Part shown: piece after piece, positions 1 to 9,483 of the stretch
How the letters are laid out: the number at the start of each line of letters is the position of its first letter
How positions within the stretch are numbered: the first letter of the stretch is position 1
Source of the DNA: an uncultured Gammaproteobacteria bacterium
GTDB lineage: Bacteria > Patescibacteriota > Microgenomatia > UBA10105 > UBA927
Reading direction: 5' to 3'
DNA length: 64,000 nt
Assembly (NCBI GenBank): GCA_964445435.1
Contig: CAYUKU010000005.1
Location: 6,627 to 70,626, forward strand
Translations under genes and position numbers: made by a program
Notes under the pieces: generated by a model
What the model was told of the DNA's origin: nothing
Database searches by the model: none
The model's input: the letters and a program-made list of their open reading frames with translations, nothing else

Positions 1-27
1 AATATCCGGTGGGCCGAAGGCTATCCG

Positions 28-405
28 ATGTTTACGGCAGCGGCCTCTACCTGCCTGGTTCTCATTTTTAGTCATCATACCGCTCCCAAAATAGGCCTTG
101 GGCATCTGCCGATTTTTTTTGGCAGTCAGGGTGACAAAACTAAAGAAATAGAACAACTGGAAGAGGCGAGGGATACGCTATCCTCAGGTGGGCATGAGTG
201 GGACCTCGATATTTTTGGTGGCCAACCGATTGATGACACACAGGACAGCCGCGAAATTGTGGACACAAACGTGAGGGAAGTGATGAGCATGTTTGCGGAT
301 GTCGGCGTCGCATGCCGTGATCATACCCACAGGGATCCGGACCAGGTAGTCGTGGGGGTTATCGCTGACCCGACGGTGAGGGAGATTCAAGTGTGTGAAG
401 AGTGA
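28..405 (+). CDS. hypothetical protein (acidic; may be 5'-truncated by the window edge)
   Basis: 125-aa ORF ending exactly at the duplicated tRNA fragment; no recognisable motif. Confidence 0.35.
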   Translation: MFTAAASTCLVLIFSHHTAPKIGLGHLPIFFGSQGDKTKEIEQLEEARDTLSSGGHEWDLDIFGGQPIDDTQDSREIVDTNVREVMSMFADVGVACRDHTHRDPDQVVVGVIADPTVREIQVCEE

Positions 406-451
406 TTGTGTGGGTGACCATGGAGTCGGACCATGCGCCTCTTTCTTATCA
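405..451 (-). repeat. 47-bp perfect direct repeat of the tRNA-Ile 3' half (att-like)
   Basis: attgtgtgggtgaccatggagtcggaccatgcgcctctttcttatca at 405-451 is identical to 513-559; it runs from the anticodon loop past the tRNA 3' end. Confidence 0.95.
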
Positions 452-518
452 CGAGTCCATTGGGCGAGTGTCAAGAAAGTCGTCCCTTCACTTCGAAATC
501 TGAACGCGCTGTATTGTG

Positions 519-590
519 TGGGTGACCATGGAGTCGGACCATGCGCCTCTTTCTTATCAGGAAAGCGTTCTACCGCTGAACTAGTCACCC
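519..590 (-). tRNA. tRNA-Ile(GAT)
   Basis: Reverse complement GGGTGAC-TA-GTTC AGCGGTA GAAC-G-CTTTC CTGATAA GAAAG-...-CATGG TCCGACT CCATG-GTCACCC-A folds as a cloverleaf; anticodon GAT; CCA not encoded. Confidence 0.93.
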
Positions 591-728
591 TTCTGGGACA
601 GAAACTACGTTTCAATCCCCGCGATACTTCCTACCAAGGTGTCGCAAAGGGTTCAGTTCCGTTCGCACACCTTTGCGACAATTATATTCGATTTTATCAC
701 GATCGTGCCGCTTACGCAGTAATCGGAT

Positions 729-803
729 TGGAGGCGCGGAAGGGAATCGAACCCTTGCATAGAAGTTTTGCAGACTCCCGCGTTACCACTTCGCCACCGC
801 GCC
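729..803 (-). tRNA. tRNA-Cys(GCA)
   Basis: Reverse complement GGCGCGG...GGAGT CTGCAAA ACTTC...GGTTCGATTCC...CCGCGCC TCCA; anticodon GCA, U73, encoded CCA. Confidence 0.96.
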
Positions 804-857
804 AATAGACGATATTGTACCAGATATGAAGCTATTTTTCCGTGGGAAAGATCGCGG

Positions 858-1469
858 TTAAAACAACCCTATTTGCCGCGACGCATCAATAACTTCTTTG
901 GGGTACGAGAAATCTACGGTGAATTCTTTTGCAGTATTCCACTTGTCCATGTACTTGAGTTTTTTCTCGCGCACGCCGTAGTCGTATAAGTCGCGGGTGA
1001 GAAGCACATCCGCTTCGCAGTACATCTTGAGTTTCGCAAGCTGCGCCGGGTCGCCGCTTTTCCAGTACGTCACTGCGTTCATTCCGACGTCGGTTTTCTG
1101 TGCGCCCAGCGTTTGGGATGCAAGCGCATTGAGCGAGAGGGAATGGTCGAGTGCATCCCGCACGTGTTCCATAATGTCGAAATGAGGGAGCCGGGCGAAT
1201 GTGGGGGGAGCGTATTTACGAAGCGCCGGCACGTCGAATTTCACGCTGTTAAATCCTATGATGCGTTTGGCCCTGAGAAAATGCGGCCACATCTGAGCCA
1301 ATTCGTTTTCCCAGTAACTGTACATCTTCCCGGTGAGTTCGCGTTGTGTTTCATCTACCGTCCGCACGTAGAGGGATACAAGGGAAATGCCCAAGTCACC
1401 CGGATCGTTGGTGGTAATTTCCGAGAACAGTTTTTGCGTCTCGCAATCGAAGATAACTTCAGTAATCAT
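858..1469 (-). CDS. RNase H-like / DnaQ-fold exonuclease domain protein (YprB-like)
   Basis: Motifs VIFDCETQ, IIGFNSVKFD, YCEADVLLT (DEDDy-type); start moved to MITEV at 1469. Confidence 0.8.
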   Translation of the reverse strand: MITEVIFDCETQKLFSEITTNDPGDLGISLVSLYVRTVDETQRELTGKMYSYWENELAQMWPHFLRAKRIIGFNSVKFDVPALRKYAPPTFARLPHFDIMEHVRDALDHSLSLNALASQTLGAQKTDVGMNAVTYWKSGDPAQLAKLKMYCEADVLLTRDLYDYGVREKKLKYMDKWNTAKEFTVDFSYPKEVIDASRQIGLF

Positions 1470-1474
1470 AGATT

Positions 1475-2029
1475 TTAAGATAATTTTTGAAGTGCAGAAT
1501 AGCAAGTTTCGAATTTGCTTTTGTTAAACTGAACCACACTAAAACTCCGCATACTGCCGTCTCCGCCCTGTTCAATGTTGAGAACAGCGAGCGTATCGAA
1601 CACGCAAGGCGGAAAGTCTTTCTTGTTGCCTGTAATGAGTATCGAATTTTGTGAATACATAAGTCTGGCCGCTAGAAACAAGTCAACTATGCTATTTCCT
1701 TTGCTTTGGTGCTGGTGTGAATAAATACGTGAAAGAAGAAGTGAGTTTTCGTGTAAGCGCTGGTAAATATCAGTATGATCACTGGCGGGGGCGAAAGGCT
1801 CCTTAGAAATAAACAGTTTTTTCTTATTAAATTGTTCTGGCAGAAAAATGTCGCGCAAAAACTCAAGGGCGGTAAGCGAATCGATAATGAGTATACCACG
1901 GCTTAATATTACAAGGGCCTCTTTTAGGGTGAACTCGTCATAAAAAAGCTGACTTAAGAAATCGTTGTCAAGGTAAATGTATTTGTTTTGTAAGAGGCGC
2001 GAGGCATCTTCGCTGTGGAAAATCTTCAT
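1475..2029 (-). CDS. PIN-domain (VapC-like) ribonuclease
   Basis: YIYLDNDFL, TALEF, IVDLFLAA and LITGNKKDF give the PIN acidic residue pattern. Confidence 0.75.
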   Translation of the reverse strand: MKIFHSEDASRLLQNKYIYLDNDFLSQLFYDEFTLKEALVILSRGILIIDSLTALEFLRDIFLPEQFNKKKLFISKEPFAPASDHTDIYQRLHENSLLLSRIYSHQHQSKGNSIVDLFLAARLMYSQNSILITGNKKDFPPCVFDTLAVLNIEQGGDGSMRSFSVVQFNKSKFETCYSALQKLS

Positions 2030-2035
2030 GCCTGG

Positions 2036-2197
2036 CTAAAGCTGATATTTGATATCAGCTTTTTTGAGGAGCGCTTTGTTTTCACGCACAATTTCGACCA
2101 ACTCAGCAATAATTTTGTGAGTAATTTTGACAGGCTTAACCGTAGCTGGTTTCGATTTTTCGTACTGGGGAGTCGGATCTTTTTTGTAGTCTCTCAT
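2036..2197 (-). CDS. small protein, putative antitoxin of the PIN toxin
   Basis: 53-aa ORF MRDYKKDPTPQYEKSKPATVKPVKITHKIIAELVEIVRENKALLKKADIKYQL, translated by hand; AGGTGA RBS; stops 6 nt before the PIN start. Confidence 0.55.
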   Translation of the reverse strand: MRDYKKDPTPQYEKSKPATVKPVKITHKIIAELVEIVRENKALLKKADIKYQL

Positions 2198-2248
2198 AAA
2201 GATCACCTGAACTTAGTATATCAACTGTTATTTATGTGGTCAATAAAT

Positions 2249-2575
2249 TTATTCCTTTTTCTTCTGTATCTGTTTCCAGTGATAAAGGTAGAGCGGAAGT
2301 CCTACGATGACCATGGCAATGGCACCCGAAAATTCGCGCTGTCTTTGGCGGGTAATTTCACGGCGTTGCTCCATTTTCCACTGCGTCTCGCTCATCGCTG
2401 GTTCTCCCGGCATTTTTTCAGGCACAGGCATGGAATAACTCATATATTCATCGGCACCGCGGAAAACCAGAACCTTCAATCCCAGATCAACGATCCGGAT
2501 GCTTCCAATGACGGCAACAAGAAGACCGATGAACGAGAAAAGGTAAAGATAGAGGAGTCGGATATTGAATTTCAT
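2249..2575 (-). CDS. two-TM membrane protein (DUF5671-like)
   Basis: NIRLLYLYLFSFIGL ... IVGLPLYLYHW pattern. Confidence 0.7.
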   Translation of the reverse strand: MKFNIRLLYLYLFSFIGLLVAVIGSIRIVDLGLKVLVFRGADEYMSYSMPVPEKMPGEPAMSETQWKMEQRREITRQRQREFSGAIAMVIVGLPLYLYHWKQIQKKKE

Positions 2576-2619
2576 ACGTACAACTCAGTGTATAAAGATG
2601 CGGATGAATTGACAAGGGA

Positions 2620-4011
2620 TTAGTTATAAATTACGACTCTCGTCCCGATATCCGCGAATTGGTAGACATATTTCGCGTCGCCCACGCCCAGCGCCACACA
2701 GCCTCCTGTGTTGGGTTGTCCGATGAAATTTGGCTTGCGATACTCCTGCCCGTTAATAAGTTTGTAGGGAGTTTCATGGATACCGAAATAGGCGTTCAAT
2801 TCCTCACTGTACTTAAATCCCATCCAGTACGGGAGCCACGACTTGTAGATGTTTGAGAATCCGAGCCCCGTTTTATTAAGAATTGTAAATTCACCCGTGG
2901 GTGTAGGATAGTCCAGACCTGTCGAGACGCGAAACGTTTTTATGAGCCTTCCGTCCTTGAAAAGGTACATTTTCTGCTGAGAGATATCGACCTCGATGTA
3001 TTTATCGGTTATCGATCCGGTTGTATTGGGCCCGGTATCGATGCTGATGGTGAGGGCGTCCACGGTATGTCCGTCATATCGGTTGGTAAGGACGGCCTGG
3101 AGATCCTCAATGACCTTCGGGGTGACGACGTTGCCCCGGATGATGAGTTTGAGCTTTTTGACTTTTTCGTTGACGGTTGTAGTCAAAGGCGCTTCTTTTA
3201 CCCCTATGGTGACGGATGTCTGGTCTTCCGACAGCTGAATATCAGTCATATCCGCAAGTTCCTTTTCGGTGAGGATAAACGCTTGTGACGTGCCTCCGGT
3301 GTCCACCAGAACGGTGAGCGGGGTGAGAAATACGTTTTTCATCCGATTACTCGTATCGGCGATCAATTTCGCTTTTTCGTTTTCGATTCTCGTGAGTTTG
3401 GGATAGAGGGGAGCGGTATTGTCCCCGATCCGTTGAGAAAGAAGCCGCATGAAGTACTCCTCATCGATCCGGTAGCGTTCTTCGTTTTCCACATAGACGA
3501 GTGACTTTTGCTGGTCATCGAAGTAGATTTCATCGGGAGCCTCGCTGAATTCAAAAACGGTCTGTTTGATATATTCACTGAATTCCTGGGTAAACGTGAG
3601 GGGAGCTTCTATCGTGGCGGGAATGAAAAACGACTTCACAAGGGTGTAGATATTGAAGGGGAGCGGCGCACGGTTCCGCGCAAATATCGCCTGCTTGATC
3701 CTTTCGTTATCCAAAACGACGCCCAGTTTGGAGTAGATGTACGTATACTCGCGGTCTCGCACCCGCACGCGGTACGGAAGAAGGGCAAACGAATCGATGA
3801 GATGGTCCACTTCGCTGACGCTTTTACCGGAGATGTCGATCGTGCCGAGCTTTGTATGAGGATACACCCACCAGGTCGCGTAAATTTGTGAGGCGGCGAG
3901 GAGATACAAAATAAATAAGGTAAACAGAAGAAGTTTTACGCGTTTACGAAGCATCCATACACGCTTAGCGTAGTAGGTTGCCCGATGAAGGTGGATCAGA
4001 TGTTTTCTCAT
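2620..4011 (-). CDS. membrane-anchored L,D-transpeptidase (YkuD family)
   Basis: N-terminal TM; C-terminal IEVDISQQKM...VSTG...PTPTGEF...GIHE...TGGCV with catalytic His and Cys. Confidence 0.88.
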   Translation of the reverse strand: MRKHLIHLHRATYYAKRVWMLRKRVKLLLFTLFILYLLAASQIYATWWVYPHTKLGTIDISGKSVSEVDHLIDSFALLPYRVRVRDREYTYIYSKLGVVLDNERIKQAIFARNRAPLPFNIYTLVKSFFIPATIEAPLTFTQEFSEYIKQTVFEFSEAPDEIYFDDQQKSLVYVENEERYRIDEEYFMRLLSQRIGDNTAPLYPKLTRIENEKAKLIADTSNRMKNVFLTPLTVLVDTGGTSQAFILTEKELADMTDIQLSEDQTSVTIGVKEAPLTTTVNEKVKKLKLIIRGNVVTPKVIEDLQAVLTNRYDGHTVDALTISIDTGPNTTGSITDKYIEVDISQQKMYLFKDGRLIKTFRVSTGLDYPTPTGEFTILNKTGLGFSNIYKSWLPYWMGFKYSEELNAYFGIHETPYKLINGQEYRKPNFIGQPNTGGCVALGVGDAKYVYQFADIGTRVVIYN

Positions 4012-4015
4012 TATA

Positions 4016-4159
4016 CCGGGTTGTGAAATTTCGACTTTGCCTTAACGCTTTGCTCTCGAAAGTTCAGCTTCCTTTCTTTGGTATTTCCTCTTTCTCTCCA
4101 GATAGTCGCTCCACGCGCAGGCAAAGAGAGTACAAGCGTGTCGAAATTCTACTACCCGG
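4016..4159 (-). mobile_element. family B inverted-repeat element, copy 1 (144 bp, MITE-like)
   Basis: Terminal IRs ccgggttgtgaaatttcgac / gtcgaaattctactacccgg and inner tttgcc/ggcaaa stem; homologous to 48062-48205 and 59215-59356. Confidence 0.8.
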
Positions 4160-4248
4160 ATAGGTTAACGGTAGCAGATTGCCGTGACCTCGTAAACGTG
4201 CGTCTTTGATACTTGCCTCATTGTGACCGTTTGACTATACTGTGACGC

Positions 4249-4818
4249 ATGATTCTCTCCGATCGGGATATCAAAAAGGCGCTTAGAAGCGGTCATATTC
4301 ACATTTCTCCGGCACCGAATTTCGCTTCACAACTCGGCAGCTGCATGATCGATCTTCAGCTGGGCAATACATTCCGCGTGTTTAACCACAGCAAGACGCC
4401 GTACCTCGATCCGCAGGACCCCAAGACGCTGAAGGCCGCAACTGCCGAAGTGGTCATGCGAAACGGTGAGCCATTCATTCTTCATCCGGGTGAATTTGTG
4501 CTGGCTATGACGCGCGAGTACGTCGAAATGCCCGACGACTTGACGGGCAGACTGGAAGGCAGATCCTCAATTGGGCGTATGGGCGTAGTGGTCCACTCGA
4601 CAGCAGCCAATATCGAGTGCGGATTTCGGGGAAACATTACGCTCGAGCTTGCCAATATGGGTCGGATTCCGGTAATGTTATATCCCGGTATGCGGATTTG
4701 TTCGCTGTCGTTTGAACAGCTCACGAGTCCCGCAGACGTGCCGTATTACAAGAAGAAGGGTGCCAAGTACGTAGGCCAGAAAAAACCTGAGGCGAGTAAA
4801 ATCGCGCAGGAAAAATAG
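4249..4818 (+). CDS. dcd: dCTP deaminase
   Basis: MILSDRDI, EGRSSIGR, GFRGNITLEL, KYVGQ motifs. Confidence 0.95.
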   Translation: MILSDRDIKKALRSGHIHISPAPNFASQLGSCMIDLQLGNTFRVFNHSKTPYLDPQDPKTLKAATAEVVMRNGEPFILHPGEFVLAMTREYVEMPDDLTGRLEGRSSIGRMGVVVHSTAANIECGFRGNITLELANMGRIPVMLYPGMRICSLSFEQLTSPADVPYYKKKGAKYVGQKKPEASKIAQEK

Positions 4819-4821
4819 CAT

Positions 4822-6354
4822 ATGGAATGGCCGATTCTATACAAACAAGTACTTCAGGTGAAAGATCCTACCAATCCGGTGGGTGTTGCCATCATGTGGA
4901 CCGAGCGGCAGGTTGTCGCCAATTTACTCAAAAGCGAAAATTACTGTGCCATCGGCAATCTCTACTCATCCGCCGGAATTTCCGCCATGATTCGCAATGT
5001 ATACGCCAATCCCCATATCCGTAAGATTGTGCTGTGGGGAGCGGATCTCTCCCGAAGCGGCCAGGCGCTCATGGCCCTCATGCAAAACGGCGTGGATGAA
5101 AATTTCTTTATCATCGGCGATGAGAAGAAAGGACAGATCGAGAAGGAAATCGGCCGCGAGGCAGTCGAATTATTTAGGAAATCCGTCGAGGTGGTCAATC
5201 TGCGCGGCAAGCCCGTATCCGATCTACAGAAGACAGTCGGACAGTTAAGCCGGACGAAATTCGACCCGTTCACGGATCCCAGGACGTTTCCGACAAGCCG
5301 TCCCAAGCCATTCACGTTCCCAAGCGAGCAGATTGGAATTCGCGCCCACGGACAGACGGCTGCCCAGACATGGCTGAAGATTCTTCAGAATATCATGCGT
5401 TACGGGCGCAACAAGACGACCCGCTACACCCAGGAGAATGAACTGAAAGAGCTCCTCAACGTCATGGCAGTCGTGTACAACGAAGATCCGGACAAGCCCT
5501 ACTTGCCGCACTATTTTCCGTTTTCGGAGAAAGACCTCGTGACGTATTATCCCCAAGTGTTATCAGCGAAGCAGATTCCCGGCATAGCCTATACGTATGG
5601 TCAGAGATTGCGTGATCACGATGGTGTGGATCAAATCCAAAACATCATTGACCTTATAAAAAACAGGCCGTTTAGTAAGAAAATGGCTGCCTTCACCGCG
5701 AAGGTGAAAGAAGACTGGTCTGTCGTCAACAAAGGGGACACGCCCTGTCTCACGCAGGTTCTTTGCAGCATTCAGGACGGTAAGCTCTTCATGACGACCC
5801 ACTTCCGAAGCCAGGACATGGTACACGGCTGGCCCCGAAACGTGTTCTCGCTTCGCAAACTGCAGAAGTTCATTGCCGATGAATCAGGCTATCCCATGGG
5901 TGCGTTTGTCATGATTACCCACTCTGCGCATATTTACAGTGACGATTACGAGCTTGTTGAGAATATCCTGAAAGATAACTATGACAAAGAGCTTGGATAC
6001 ACGAGCCGTCAGATGTTTGAGGAAGACATGCGCGGCAATGTCGTCATTGAAATTGAAGAAGTTGCGAAAAACGGTGTTGGCAGGCCCACCAAATATGCTG
6101 AAAAACCGCCGGTGAAAAAAGATTTCGAGATCGTGGTAAAACTCTACGCCCCCAACGGCGGCTTACTTCTCAAAGAATGGCGTGGGAAGACTGCAATGGA
6201 ACTCTATATTGAGATGGTGAATATCGGTGACTATCTCGTACTACCAAGTCACCTTATCTATATAGGCACGGAACTCCAGAGGGCTGAATACGCCATCAAA
6301 ATGGGCAAGCCCGAGAAGTTTAGCCAGGACCCCGCAGCCAACAAGGAACTATAA
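4822..6354 (+). CDS. thyA: thymidylate synthase-like protein with N-terminal MtrA-like and C-terminal DUF4346-like domains
   Basis: TS motifs YTYGQRL, PCL, FRSQD...WPRN, SAHIY; N-terminal GNLYS..GI..IRNV.ANPHIR (MtrA-like); C-terminal H..YIG.EL.RAE....FSQD. Confidence 0.8.
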   Translation: MEWPILYKQVLQVKDPTNPVGVAIMWTERQVVANLLKSENYCAIGNLYSSAGISAMIRNVYANPHIRKIVLWGADLSRSGQALMALMQNGVDENFFIIGDEKKGQIEKEIGREAVELFRKSVEVVNLRGKPVSDLQKTVGQLSRTKFDPFTDPRTFPTSRPKPFTFPSEQIGIRAHGQTAAQTWLKILQNIMRYGRNKTTRYTQENELKELLNVMAVVYNEDPDKPYLPHYFPFSEKDLVTYYPQVLSAKQIPGIAYTYGQRLRDHDGVDQIQNIIDLIKNRPFSKKMAAFTAKVKEDWSVVNKGDTPCLTQVLCSIQDGKLFMTTHFRSQDMVHGWPRNVFSLRKLQKFIADESGYPMGAFVMITHSAHIYSDDYELVENILKDNYDKELGYTSRQMFEEDMRGNVVIEIEEVAKNGVGRPTKYAEKPPVKKDFEIVVKLYAPNGGLLLKEWRGKTAMELYIEMVNIGDYLVLPSHLIYIGTELQRAEYAIKMGKPEKFSQDPAANKEL

Positions 6355-6403
6355 TAGCCTATAGTTGCAAATTAGCCTCCTGAGGAGTATACTATTGCCC
6401 TCT

Positions 6404-7393
6404 ATGGCCAGTCCGCGCAGGCGCCACAAAATCCATTTCCAGCCCCTCTATTTGTGGGATTATGACGGCGTATGGGTACAGGCATCAAAAGATTCCTACT
6501 CCATCATGTGGGCGGCAATCGGCGGCATATTGGAAAAACAGGCACACCGTCCCGCCTCTGACATGGACGGCCTTAACTGGACCAAAATATTTGCCGATAC
6601 AAAGGGATTTACGGAACATACATTCGTTACCACCGTATTTGAAGCACTGGGGATTCAGCCGACTGACCGTGACCGCCTGTTTACGCATTTTATCCAGGAA
6701 CGCGCCGAACTTATCCGGTATTACAACGCGAAACATGGGCTTCGCAAGTTCGATGACCACAACGTCTATATCGACACCCATACGCTTGCAGTCAAACTGT
6801 CAGAGCGGTTTCCCGATGCCCTGCACGGACTAGTAACGGGTAACCCCCAGTGAGTCATTGAACAGCGCCTTCCTGAACGGGTGCAGAATATCTTTCATAT
6901 CCGGATTGGCGGGGAGTACGGGAAGACGCGTCGGGATATGCTGGAACTAGCCGTGATTCACGCACGGAAACTGGGATGGCGGGGATACAAGGATGAAGGC
7001 GGCATGTATGTGAATGCCTTTTACTTCGACGATGCGAAGGCCGGTGCATTTTCCGCACTTGAGGGCGGGTTTCGAACGGTATTATTGGACCGACCGGATA
7101 TTCAGGAAGCGCATATGAGAATATTTGACCCGGCAGTATTGAATGACACGGTTGTGGAAGAAGTGCTTGATCGGTTCGGACCGGATAATACGCGGCGGAT
7201 CATCATCGGGGAGCCGGGCGTGACAACACAGTCGCTCTTCACGACCGCGACATTGGATAACTACTGGCTCCTCCGTCCCGCTGAGCATACCCATGTGAAG
7301 TTTCACGGCTGGCTGCAGCCTGCTATGCATGCGCTCTGGCAAGTGCATGAAGATGAGCCCCGTGAAGTTGCGTTTCGCGGGAAGGAAATGTAA
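6404..7393 (+). pseudogene. HAD-superfamily hydrolase interrupted by one in-frame TGA at 6851-6853
   Basis: Track ORFs 6365-6853 and 6881-7393 share a frame; motif I WDYDG and motif II VTGN lie before the stop, motif IV-like FDD after it. Confidence 0.7.
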
Positions 7394-7413
7394 CAATCGA
7401 AGAGGCTCAACGT

Positions 7414-9432
7414 ATGAACAGAATTGATCAATTGGAGAGACAGCCGTCCGGGGAACGGGGGAATATTGTCCAAACACAAATCCTTGTCCGGCCGGATTTG
7501 GGGAAGTTCGACGATGAACGGCGTGAGCGGTGGGAAAAGTTTGACAACCAGCAAATTGCAGTTCAGGCATGGACACAGGGTGACGCACCGCATGTGACCC
7601 CGGATGAGATGCACCGGTTGCTCGCTGACGACGATACCCTGAAGATCGTGATTGGCAATGGGCTTGCGGCTGACTCAACGCAGCTGGACAACTCCGTATC
7701 TCTCGTGCGGACGATATTTGCTCAGCTGGCCTCCCACCAAACCTTGAAAGATAAAAAGGTCGTTATTCTCGGAATGTCGCTGAACGGTTTTCCCGGAAGT
7801 CTTTTTCGATCGGATTTCGTACCGACACCGGCCGATGTCCATCCCGATGAGTTTGCAGGCATGATCGACGACGCCCTTACCGACATGCAGTGCTCGCCTG
7901 ATTCCACGGTGGTGGCCGGTCATAGTTCTGGAGGTGAAACGGCCTTGCGTCTAGCAGACAAATACGCGACGGTTGCTTTGCATCCGGCCATCGGCGCCAA
8001 TACGACGCAGGATATATTCTCAATTCTTGAATCACTGGAGGGAATTTCCGACAAATTCGGATTTATCGCCGACAAAGCGGAAAATATTCCGGGCGTTGGG
8101 AGGTTTGTAAAATCGTTTATTAATAGCCGACGCGAAGATCTCACAAACGCCGTTCTGAAGTGGCTTGTGAGTGACAAAACCACTGCGATATCCAAGGATA
8201 TTGCATATCAGGTGGCCATGCATGTCCGGTGTAAGCAGCTGGCCGGGCCTGCATACGGCGCAAAATTGGCCGAGTTATCTCATATAGATGTGAATCCGTT
8301 TGGGCGGTTGGCAGACGCGAAGTTTAAGCCGATTGTCCTTCGATCGCATGGCGGTGATCGCCTCACCAAACAGGAAGCGACCGAGTATTACCTTTCGGAA
8401 TTACAAAAACATGGCCTGAATGTCATGGTAACCTCCGAAATATCTCCTGCCCTTCGCGGGGTTATCGATTTTGACGAAACATATACCTATGGTCATGACG
8501 CACCCTTTCTCATCCAGGAGGCATGTGATACTGCAGCCGCTGCAATTATCGTCCAGTTACAGAATGTCGAGCGCGTTCGCCAGGAAAAGAAGCGCTCGGC
8601 GGTCGTTGAAGCGCCACCGGTGCGGGAAGAGCCAAAAATAGAATCGCACGCCGGTTTGGAAGTCGATCCGTTCGTTGCAAAGGAACGGCGTGATTTTGCT
8701 CTGCAGCAATTTACCGATCTTATCGTAAGTGTGAAACGGTTATTGCAGGAAACCAACACCAAACTCGACGTCCACTTCCAAATCGTAGATGAGTTTACCG
8801 CTGCTGGTTTGGATGAGTATCTGGTACGGGCGGTGGAGATGCCGGAGAGTGAATTTTTGAAGTATCTGGATGGGGCGGATGTGCATTACGGATCTTTTTT
8901 CGCCAAACTAGCACAGATGGAATTGACATTGGCATGGAAAAAAGCGCTCGTGGCAGGGAGAGCCGGCGCTTCGCAGCGGGAAATTGCGGATATCGCATTC
9001 AACACCGTCGGGCTTCGTGCCGCTTGGGCGCGTTTGCATAGCCATGACACGGTGACCTCGCAGCAGCAATTGCGGGAGACTCCCAACACAATTGCGGGGC
9101 TTGATGGCTTTGCGCTTATGGATAGCATCATATTCGATGCGCACAGAACACACGGAATGGCGATCAGTGTTGTCTCCATGGCATCAAGTGACAAGCGGTA
9201 TAACGATTTATACGAGGCGAAACAATTGGTAGGGTGGTCAATCGCGATGCACGATGCTGATATACCGAACCAGAATATTCTGGATCTTTCCGAAGAAAAG
9301 TTTCACAGCATACTCACGGCACTTGAAGAGGAACTTGCATATAGGCTTCAGACGCCGATTCAACTGCATGAACAGGATTTTGCGCTCATGGCGGATATCA
9401 TGGCACAGGATACTTCGTCCACCCAAATGTAG
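7414..9432 (+). CDS. alpha/beta-hydrolase domain protein with a long unknown C-terminal helical region
   Basis: Nucleophile elbow VAGHSSGG, GGDRL acid, YGHD histidine; 672 aa. Confidence 0.7.
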   Translation: MNRIDQLERQPSGERGNIVQTQILVRPDLGKFDDERRERWEKFDNQQIAVQAWTQGDAPHVTPDEMHRLLADDDTLKIVIGNGLAADSTQLDNSVSLVRTIFAQLASHQTLKDKKVVILGMSLNGFPGSLFRSDFVPTPADVHPDEFAGMIDDALTDMQCSPDSTVVAGHSSGGETALRLADKYATVALHPAIGANTTQDIFSILESLEGISDKFGFIADKAENIPGVGRFVKSFINSRREDLTNAVLKWLVSDKTTAISKDIAYQVAMHVRCKQLAGPAYGAKLAELSHIDVNPFGRLADAKFKPIVLRSHGGDRLTKQEATEYYLSELQKHGLNVMVTSEISPALRGVIDFDETYTYGHDAPFLIQEACDTAAAAIIVQLQNVERVRQEKKRSAVVEAPPVREEPKIESHAGLEVDPFVAKERRDFALQQFTDLIVSVKRLLQETNTKLDVHFQIVDEFTAAGLDEYLVRAVEMPESEFLKYLDGADVHYGSFFAKLAQMELTLAWKKALVAGRAGASQREIADIAFNTVGLRAAWARLHSHDTVTSQQQLRETPNTIAGLDGFALMDSIIFDAHRTHGMAISVVSMASSDKRYNDLYEAKQLVGWSIAMHDADIPNQNILDLSEEKFHSILTALEEELAYRLQTPIQLHEQDFALMADIMAQDTSSTQM

Positions 9433-9483
9433 CCTTCTCACGACTTTTTTTGCTTTTTTCCCTGTCTTTCGTACAATCATGCT

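Noticed and set aside
184-808. ORFs 184-615 and 395-808 with internal peptide repeats
   Set aside because: Artefacts of translating the tRNA genes and the duplicated tRNA fragment
6851-6895. Selenocysteine or code-25 (TGA=Gly) reading of the in-frame TGA
   Set aside because: No convincing SECIS hairpin, the position is not a redox Cys site, and TGA terminates several conserved genes here (e.g. 31858, 34884, 60532)
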